Source of the DNA: Malacoraja senta
Taxonomy: Eukaryota
NCBI GenBank assembly: GCA_038087875.1
Contig: CM075998.1
Location: forward strand, 1,056,001-1,116,000
DNA: 60,000 nucleotides
Reading direction: 5' to 3'
The notes beneath the pieces are model-generated. The model ran no database searches and was not told the origin of the DNA. It saw nothing but the letters and a program-made list of their open reading frames with translations. Every line of letters begins with the position of its first letter. The stretch's first letter is position 1. Position numbers and translations under genes: made by a program. This document shows, piece by piece, positions 50,523-60,000 of this stretch.

Positions 50523-51699
50523 AGCCTGTGTCTATCAAACTGTACAATTCCTCCCCTTCTGTCATGGGGTAGACTGACTCTTCCCCTCTCTCTCTCTCTC
50601 CCACCCCACCCCACTCTTTGCACATCCCCAATCCTTTCCACTCGTCACTTTAATTTTGTTTCCTGTAGCTTCTGTTTTGACTGTTGGCAGATCAATTTCC
50701 CTCCTGGGATAAATAAAGTTCTATCGTATCATAAAATTATACTTAGCCTTGAACTGATCTGATCTCTGTGTTGCGCTTGGTTAGTACCTCTGCTGAGAGT
50801 GCAGGAACTTCACACCCCTTGGTGCAATTTAATACCAAGCCAGGGAGTAAGATGACAGCAGACAGTGGAGCAATGCATCTTTAACAGGAACTTTAACAGG
50901 ACCACCTTTCACTATCATTGATGAAGATGCTGCCCCACTGTCACAAACAATGCAAAGCTGCGAGCTTACTTTGGGAGCAACCTCTGGACTGATGTACTGG
51001 TTCCTTCCACCAGCCAAAACCCCTGAATATAACAGCACCAACAGTTTCACCCTTGATTTATGCAAAATAAGAGCAGCCAGATAGCACTGGGAGAGAGAAT
51101 TTTGGTTAATGGTTTTTGGGTGAAGGAAATGGAAGAATTTTTCATTCGACCTCCCATGTGCCAGTCAGTTGGCATAGAGGAAGATGCACATGACTCAGCA
51201 GGAAGCCCATTTGAAACAGCTGCCCGTGAAAGTAACATTTGCAGTAATTAACTGTATTCACAGAAGTTCAATTGCTCAGGAGAAACCAAAATTCAGGCTC
51301 TGCATCCTGGAGTGTGGGATGGGGAGATGAATGAAGCAGCACCACCACCAGAGTGGTGGAGTACATCAAGTGGGCTTAAATGCTGCACAATGGATTGTAA
51401 TTGCAGCTACACAATAAAATCACCGCTAATAAATATCTTGCTGCAAAGGCACACCTCACTGGTTGCATAAAGTTAATACTTTGGGAAGAATGAGGTGAGC
51501 CGTGAGTCACCACAAATGTAGAACAACATTTAAAGAGGCCAGCAGGAATAGATCCTCGTAATTGCAGCACAATAGCATCTCTCTGCACACCTCATTTACT
51601 CTATGCGGCCATTCAGAGGACACTTATCAAACAAGGCAAGTCAATCCCATGGTGGTGCCCTCTAATCAGATCACACAGGGCATGAATTCAGGCACCACT

Positions 51700-51985
51700 C
51701 CAGGGACAAGAGCAAAATAAACCTAGGTAAACACTGCAGATGTCAAGCCAAGGACGTGTACACTCTCCTAGTTTAAAGTTAAATATTGTGGCACCAGTTG
51801 ATAGATGTACAAGTTCTGATTATATTCTCCACCTGTATATAATATTAGCCATACATTTGCTGCGCTGTTTGTAGGAGCTTGCTGCGCTTAAACCGGGTGT
51901 TGAGAATACATGCTCAGCACTTGTAAAGCATTTTTTGGCATCCTGAGGCAATGAAAGTTGGTAGATAAATGCAACTTATTTTTCA
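51700..51985 (+). mobile_element. DeuSINE (AmnSINE1/SacSINE1-like) remnant
   Basis: GCTGTTTGTAGGAGCTTGCTGCG...TGTAAAGCATTTTTTGGCATCCTGAGG..TGAAAG....ATAAATGCAA resembles the Deu-domain/tail consensus as recalled. Confidence 0.5.
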
Positions 51986-52292
51986 TTAAAACAAAACTTG
52001 AATGCACAGGAAACCCAACCACCCTCTCAACCCCCAACCTTATTTCTGCACTGTAAACGCAGATCAATGCAAAGTGAAGCATATCTTGACCTCAATTGGG
52101 TTTACAATAAAGTAATAGAGTTCCGTTAATGGCACTTATTTCAGAGTGCTGTCTACTCTGCACATCTGATAATTCTACATCAGTCTTTCAGTAGACCTTC
52201 AACCATCTCACCCAAAGGAAGAATTAGTAACCACACTACTTTTTGACAGAGGTTTTGCACATACACTCACACGCACGTAGACAAACACTTAC

Positions 52293-52350
52293 CTTCCATA
52301 GAAATCTCACTCCATAGAAGAATATATAGAAATAAAATGCAAGTCTCCAC
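52293..52350 (-). CDS. CERS5: CERS5 exon 4 equivalent (58 bp)
   Basis: (M)WRLAFYFYIFFYGVRFLWK vs human MWRFTFYLCIFCYGIRFLWS; CAG acceptor and GTAAGT donor. Confidence 0.93.
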
Positions 52351-52959
52351 CTGCAAATACAAAACACTTGAAATCAGAAAAAGGGACGGCATGGGGGAAA
52401 AAGGAAAGCGTGATCTGCATATCCAAGGAGCTCAGTCCACCAACGTGGATTCCAATGAAAAACAATTGGGAGAGGTTTTTTGTTGTTGGTTTTTTTAAAG
52501 CCTATCTATAGCTGTCCCTACAAAGGCTGTTAAAACCATCCCGGGCACAGCCAGTCCCCAGCCTCTCAAGTGGAACTGCTGCACTCCGTGATTCAGTGGG
52601 CACAGGGTAATTGCCCCCAAGCTTCCACGGTTTCTCCAGCTAATTTTCAAACACCAAGACACCATTAACAAAAAAGTAGTGTTTATTCTTCTACAGTGCA
52701 GAATTTTCAACATAAACCCCCAGGGCTTTCACAAGAAGTTAGCGATTATAGATATCTTTCAACTGGAGTCACACAACAAACTGATGATGGCACTGGCCAA
52801 GGAAATAATAAAGGAGCCACTCACCAGCACTAAATGCCACAATTCGTTCTTTGTCAGGGTTTCTACATTTCTCTGTACCTGTAATCTGCAATGTTCATAG
52901 TTACATTGATTCCACTCAATGCACAATGTAACCCAGCAGAACCAACCAAACCTCATTAG

Positions 52960-53195
52960 AGGTATACGGCCACAGACACCGGCTCTTTGGCCCAACTCAT
53001 CCATGCTGACCAAGATGCCCCTTCTCATCTTGTTCCATTTGTCAGCATTTGGCCCATATCCCTCCAAACCTTTTCAATCCATTTACCAGTCCAGGTGTGT
53101 TTTTATTAATGCTGTTATAGCACCTGCTTCAACTTCCTCCTCTGGCAGCTTGTTTCACATACCCACCACCCTCCAAGTGAAAAAGTTGCCCAAAT
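52960..53195 (-). mobile_element. CR1 3' tail fragment
   Basis: GGCCCAACTCATCCATGCTGACCAAGATGCC...GGCCCATATCCCTCCAAACC...TGAAAAAGTTGCCC, as in other CR1 tails. Confidence 0.75.
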
Positions 53196-55287
53196 AACTT
53201 GATCATACCCTTGAAATCTGCCCTGGACAACTGCCCTTCCAATTTCAAGGGCGACACCTAAAGGCTTTAGCGTTTAAATTTGATCAAGTAAAATTTCAAA
53301 ATTGGAAAACTTGAAGTCAATTTAAACATAACTTTTAAAAAACCCTTCTGTTGAGCATATGATGTCATACGCAGTCAGTCAATGCGTTAGTTACAACAGA
53401 CTTCCTTGCTGATCTATTGCCCGCACCTCTGCCACCCTAACCATCCCTGCCCTTATGAGAGGGAAGCTTCCTGCATTCTAACATTTATGGTTACGACTGG
53501 AAGCTTAGCATGCAGGCAATCCGAAAAAATACATACAGTGTCTGCACAGCCTTGTGAATGAAGTATGAACACAATACAACACTGTCATATCAACACCTAA
53601 AAAGCAGAACAGGATTTTGTCTAACTCATCGACTCCATTAGTAGATGATCAGTTTCTAAACTGAAGGGGAGAGGTTGCAAGAGCGGGATAGTGGTGGTTG
53701 CAGATGTCCAAATGCTGAAGTCCAAATGGTATAGGAAAAGCTGAAAATTATATAAGAAAACCTGAAGTCCAAATTATATAGGAAAAGGTGTAGTGAGAAT
53801 TCCTTGATGGCTTATATCCATGTAGGTGAACCAAGGAAGGCAGTTTACACAGGGAGCGACTGACTGACTAGCTGTCTGGAAACATCCAAAAGAAAGATAA
53901 ATTCATTAACATCCCTCTGAAGGATCTGAAGGAAACTGAAGGCAGAGCAGACATTAACTGGTTGTCCTCCTGTTACTCCAACACTACCTGACCTACAATG
54001 TATTTGTTTGCGGAGTTTTCTAATTATTCAGGCGAGGGTAAGTGTTATAAAGTGGTTTCAGCACGACAGCAACTTGTTCACATAATCAGCAAAGCTATAT
54101 TAAAAACGTGAGTTTCCTGGAGCAATTTATTTCTAAAGCAAGCAAATAAAATTGGTGGAATACTTCAAAAATACTGAAGAAATGAAAACATCTAGGGGGC
54201 AAAGCATGCTGGCACATTGACAGATAAGACAGAGCTCAGCACCTGTTAATTCCTAGAGACAGTCTCTGTAGGGTGAAAAATGGAGAGAGAAAGATGACAT
54301 TTTGAGAGGAACAAGGGAGCTTGTGTAAGGTGGAGAGAAAACAACAGCAGGAAACTATACTGTCCGAGCCATTTGTTTCCTTGCCAGAGGAGGGATTGTG
54401 GAATTGCATCGGCCAAGGGCTGGGAAACTGGGCAGCTACCCAGCATTAAGCCTTCAGGGAATCTCAAAACAAACAGCTTCACGATTTGGAAAGGCACAAA
54501 AAAAATGTTTTACAAGGATCAGCATACGAAAGCTAGGGTGTGATTAGGGAGTCAGCTTTCCTACCCCAACCGCACCTCTCCTCATTGCTCCTCATCCTAT
54601 TTAAGACCGCGCTCAATTATAACCTATGGGAAATAGAATCTGCTATCCAGAAGTGAAATAGGAGGGTTCACTCGCAACTCTATTTGGAAGTCACTCAGAT
54701 GAGCTAGACCTCCACCAGACCACCAAAGGAATTAGTGTAGTGTTTCAGGGGCCTACAGAAAGGAACTAATTCATTTTTCAGCTTTATTGGGACGTGCAGC
54801 AAGTGAAGATTTGAAATCTTGCTCCCAGCGATCAACAACATGTTTAATAAATAAATGCATGCCCCGAGTTAGATGTTAAACTTCAGCAGAAGACTCCAGA
54901 GGCACAGTATCAATACATGGACTCAACCTGTTCCACCATTAAACAAGGAATGCTGATGGCATGTGGTACACAATCTGTTTGGAAAGTCTTTGAAGACCAG
55001 AGGTGACACAGGGCCAAAAACTTGTTCTTTCCTTCACCGAAGGTGTCGCCACCCCAAGAAAGTTGCCTTCACCTCTGAAGCAGAGCCCAGCAAGTGCTAA
55101 TACTTTGCCCAAGTGGCCATCATAGAAAGGCTCCTAAAGAACATGACTGAAGTCAAATTCCGTTATCTCCTGGAATCTTGTGGGTAGCGATGGGAGAGGG
55201 GAACAGAAGACCACCCATTTACAATCAGAGTCATTGGCTTACGGTGACTGAGTAAGTTCATTTCCCTTTTTGTTCCACAGAACTCCA

Positions 55288-57288
55288 AGATTCTGTGGAC
55301 GCAGTCGGGAGACCCGGATGGTAGTTTGCCTCCCTGGTGCCTGGGTCTGTGATGTGTCTCAACGTGTCCAAGATATCCTGAAAGGGCAGGGAGAGGAGCC
55401 CGAGGTCGTGGTACATATAGGTACCAATGACATAGGTAAAAAAAGAGAAGAGGTCCTGAAAGGAGAATTTAGGGAGTTAGGAGGGGAGTTAAAGAGAAGG
55501 ACAGCAAAGGTAACAATCTCGGGATTACTGCCTGTGCCACGCGACAGTGAGAGTAGGAATGGAGCGAGGTGGAGGATATATGCGTGGCTGAAGGACTGGT
55601 GCAGAAGGCAGGGATTCAAATTTCTGGATCATTGGGACCTCTTTTGTGGAAGGTGCAACCTGTACAAAATGGATGGGTTGCACTTGAACCCGAGGGGGAC
55701 CGATATCCTGGCGGGGAGATCTGCAAAGGCTACTGGGGAGACTTTAAACTAGAATGGTTGGGGGGAGGGACTCAAATAGAGAATGCTATTAGATAGTGTG
55801 TGAGGCAGGAGGCAGAGAAGGAAAGCACTCAGACCCAACATGTAGGGGGGAAAGAATGAAAACAATAATAAACAGAGAATAAGAGGTGGTGGGGTTCTTA
55901 AATGGGTGAGCAGAGAAACAGAGGGGTGTAAAATGCGGGCGGAAGCAATAGGTAGCAAGGTGAAAAGTAAAAGTGGCAGGCAGACAAATCCAGGGCAAAA
56001 ATCAAAAAGGGCCACATTTCAACATAATTGTATAAGGGGTAAGAGCGTTGTAAAAACAAGCCTGAAGACTTTGTGTCTCAATGCAAGGAGCATTCGTAAT
56101 AAGGTGGATGAGTTGAACGTGCAGATAGCAATTAATGATTATGATATAGTTGGGATCACGGAGACATGGCTCCAGGGTGACCAAGGCTGGGAGCTGAACA
56201 TCCAGGGATATTCAATATTCAGGAGGGATAGAGAGAAAGGAAAAGGAGGTGGGGTAGCGTTGCTGGTTAGAGAGGAGATTAACGCAGTGGAAAGGAAGGA
56301 CATTAGCTTGGAGGATGTGGAATCAGTATGGGTAGAGCTGCGAAACACTAAGGGGCAGAAAACGCTGGTGGGTGTTGTGTACAGGCCACCTAGCAGTAGT
56401 AGTGAAGTTGGGGATGGCATCAAACAGGAAATTAGAAATGCGTGCAACAAAGGCAAAACAGTTATAATGGGTGACTTCAATCTACATATAGATTGGGTGA
56501 ATCAAATTGGCAGGGGTGCTGTGGAAGAGGATTTCTTGGAATGTATGCATGATAGTTATCTAAACCAACATGTAGAGGAACCAACGAGAGAGCAGGCTAT
56601 TCTAGACTGGGTATTGAGTAATGAGGAAGGGTTAGTTAGCAGTCTTGTTGTGCGTGCCCCCTTGGGCAAGAGTGACCATAATATGGTTGAGTTCTTCATT
56701 AGGATGGAGAGTGACATTGTTAATTCAGAAACTGAGAGTGACATTGTTAATTTGGTCTCTAAATCTGAGGAAGGACATTATTGCCATAGAGGGAGTGCAG
56801 AGAAGGTTCACCAGACTGATTCCTGGGATGTCAGGACTTTCATATGAAGAAAGACTGGATACTCGGCTTATACTCGCTAGAATTTAGGAGATTGAGAGGT
56901 GATCTTATAGAAACGTACAAAATTCTTATGGGGTTGGACAGGCTAGATGCAGGAAGATTGTTCCCGATGTTGGGGAAGTCCAGGACAAGGGGTCACAGTT
57001 TAAGGATAAGGGGCAAATCCTTTAAGACCGAGATGAGAAGAACATTTTTCACACAGAGTGGTGAATCTCTGGAACTCTCTGCCACAGAGGGTAGTTGAGG
57101 CCAATTCATTGGCTATATTTAAGAGGGAGTTAGATGTGGCCCTTGAGGCTAAAGGGATCAGGGGGTATGGAGAGAAGGCAGGTACGGGATACTGAGTTGG
57201 ATGATCAGCCATGATCATATTGATTGGCGGTGCAGGCTCGAAAGGCTGAATGGCCTACTCCTGCACCTATTTTCTATGTATCTATGTA
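55288..57288 (+). mobile_element. CR1 LINE with ORF1 esterase and APE endonuclease, RT core deleted
   Basis: ORF1 SGNH-like VVCLPGA...VHIGTND...DGLHLN; ORF2 LNARSI...GITETWL...GDFN...SDHN; then a jump at ~56752 to WSLNLRKD (post-RT region) and the tail. Confidence 0.92.
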
Positions 57289-59469
57289 TCTATTCCTGCT
57301 GATATACTGGATATCATTTGGCCACGTCCACCTCGGTATGCACAGTGGCTTTGGGTCATTACTTGTGTACGAGCCGAGGCAGCAAGCTATCCAACGGTGG
57401 ACCTTCAATCTAAGTCCAATCCCATCCATGCCGGCAGACTCCTCCAGTTGGGGAGTATTGGCCAAATTACAAAAATAGGGAATAGCAATGCCCATTGACC
57501 CGTCTCTCCTCACCCAAGGTGGTGGCAGGCATCCGTGGAGCCCCTTCTACCACTGGTTCATATCAAGGTGGACAGCACACAGACTGCGAATGGATTATGG
57601 AGTCCTTTTCCTTTCGTACAGACCAGGTGGAGACCCTTACCTGTGACACATTGGAATGATCAACATTCCATGCTCATAATCTCCAAAAACTTATTAAATC
57701 AAATAGCACCAATGTAGATCCGGACATTGATGGGAAAAGTTCAGAGGGATGTGGGGCAAATGGGCCTAGCCGGAGGGCTGGTTTCCAAGCTGTATGACTC
57801 TAAGATGGGTTTCTGGCCAGAATTCAAGAGTCACCGGAAGCCCAGTTCCAGGGACTGCATGCAGATGGATCAAGCTGCTCGTTATGGAAGGATGATCGTT
57901 TGGTTTGTGGCTCTACAAGATTCATGGCCGTCCAAGACGTTCCAAAAAGATTCTGCTATTCTCCTTCTTCATTTCGCAGTTTTGCAACCAGCCATGAAAT
58001 GCAGAAGAGAGATTTTACGACATTCGCAACTTTCCCGTTCCTGCCCACAAGGCTATGTCAGTGTTCTTGCTCGAGCAATAGGAGGACATGGACTACACCC
58101 GACTTGCCATCCCGTCACAAGTGGCAATTGGGTTTCCAGAAGACAGCCATTTACAGTATAAATCAGAGGAGGTGGGCTCCTTCGCAAAATAGTTCCTCAT
58201 TTATTACACTGATCAAGGAGACACAGATGCACTGGTTTTAAAGACCGCACAGGCTATACTATCATTGGGTATTCTTCAGAGGGCATGGATTGGTAAAATG
58301 GCCAAGTAGAGACAAGAATGCAATGAAGAAATGTTATGTGATTTGTTTTGGGAGGAAGAACAAAAACAGATATTACATGCTTAATATAGGTAGTTGGAGT
58401 GGGCAGGGGACAGTTATTACTTGGAAAGCATTGTCTGACGAACATAGTGGAAGCAGATTCAGTAATAACAATTAAAAATATGAGAATTGGATAAGTATGA
58501 GAAGGTGGAAAGAAATGGAGGGAAAGAGCAGTGGAATGGGACTGATTGATGCAATGATGGATGAGATCCTTGTGCTAGGTCTTTGAAAGAGTTTTCCCTT
58601 AAAGTGCGAGTAGAAGTACAATCGGCTGAAGTATCTCCTCCTGGGTGTTTTCTTTAGCAAAGCTACTAAAGGTTTTCAAAACACCTGGGGCGAAAGCTCA
58701 CTAATATGGGTCAGCATGGGTGAAATGTTTTAGTGGTAGGTCAGAGCTACTCTTGCTGTGAAGTATGGACATGACTTCAACACGACACAAATAAAGAATG
58801 TACAAGCTGACGTCAATGGGTTAAGTCTTGCAGGAATTTCTTATTTGCAACCAAAACAAAAATATGTCGACGATAGAAGCCAAATGTGACTGTTGCTGCT
58901 CGTGCACTGCTGCTGCTGCCATTGCGACATGCCCCTTGCCACTTGTGCTCTGCCGCCGCTCTAGGCTAGTTATTGCTGCGCCGCCATTTCCACCAGTTGC
59001 CAATGCCGCTATGGTAATTTGCTCTCCTTAGCATTACAAAATGAATGGCTTTAAAAAAAGGTTTGGTGGTGCGTTTGAAGGAAAGCTCACTGCCAAGTAC
59101 TACAGTAGTACTTGGCAGTGAGGCAGTTTTGTATTTGGTCCTGGTCAGTGTGGCCCTTGCTGCATTTGAGTTGGAACCTGGAATCATGATCCGGATATCT
59201 CAGCAGAAAATGTAAAATCCCATGGAAGAATGATCGGTGTTCGCTTATTCAGTCACCATAAACTAATGGACACAGTTAAGGGCAAATTCTATTCCTATTA
59301 GCAGGAATCTCACTCTTGTGTTGAGTCAGTGGGAGAGTATTACATGAAGACAAAATACACAATAAAAAGTATATTCACACATCAAACACCAACCATTAAA
59401 TTAATTCTAAAATTATGGAAGCAAGAAAGATCCCATTATTATAGTTAACATTATTCTTAAAATTTTTCA

Positions 59470-60000
59470 GAAACATAGAAAATAGGTGGAGGAGGAGGCC
59501 ATTCATTGTGATCATGGCTGATCGTCCCCTATCAATAACCCGTGCCTGCCTTCTCCCCATATCCCTTGACTCCACTAGCCCCTAGAGCTCTATCTAACTC
59601 TCTCTTAAATCCATCCAGTGACTTGGCCTCCACTGCCCTCTGTGACAGGGAATTCCATAAATTCACAACTCTCTGGGTGAAAAAGTTTTTTCTCACCTCA
59701 GTCTTAAATGATCTCCCCTTTATTCTAAGACTGTGGCCCCTGGTTCTGGACTCGCCCAACATTGGGAGCATTTTTCCTGCATCTAGCTTGTCCAGTCCTT
59801 TTATAATTTTATATGTTTCTATAAGATCCCCCCTCATCCTTCTAAACTCCAGTGAATACAAGCCTAGTCTTTTCAATCTTTCCTCATATGACAGTCCCGC
59901 CATCCCAGGGATCAGTCTCGTGAACCTACGCTGCACTGCCTCAATCACAAGGATGTCCTTCCTCAAATTAGGAGACCAAAACTGTACACAATACTCCAGA
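59470..60000 (-). mobile_element. Young CR1 LINE 3' end (runs off the window)
   Basis: Open frame LEYCVQFWSPNLRKD...RTRGHSLRIKG...GEKAGTGY. Confidence 0.92.

Noticed and set aside
53716..53790. Short direct repeats CTGAAGTCCAAAT...ATAGGAAAAG
   Set aside because: Simple local slippage duplication; not CRISPR-like and no regular spacers.
52351..60000. CERS5 exons 1-3 (homeodomain region)
   Set aside because: No WFRxRRNQDKP-like exon was found; they presumably lie beyond the window.

Overview
Vertebrate genomic DNA, most likely a cartilaginous fish (skate/ray-like; inferred from the CR1/HE1-type SINE/Penelope repeat landscape). Two convergent host genes, as at human 12q13. COX14 is on +: CpG-island promoter at ~2.5-2.9 kb and a single coding exon at 6767-6943. 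The 3' part of CERS5 (ceramide synthase 5) is on -: seven exons equivalent to human exons 4-10 between 52350 and 12530, then a ~5-kb 3' UTR ending near 7460. CERS5 exons 1-3 were not found in the window. Introns contain CR1, L2, Rex1/Babar, I/Nimb-type, Penelope, Tc1, hAT-like and ISL2EU-like elements, and there is one 200-N gap. The standout observation is a 186-bp insertion with a perfect 12-bp target-site duplication in the COX14 intron (5594-5779). Its minus-strand 5' end begins exactly at G1 of an HDV-like self-cleaving ribozyme fold that is nearly identical in its core to the mammalian CPEB3 ribozyme, suggesting a ribozyme-headed non-autonomous retroelement. Also notable: a candidate 15-nt CERS5 microexon resembling the CERS6 AGKWNPLH microexon, a THAP-encoding fold-back MITE, and hammerhead-like cores in Penelope-derived repeats.
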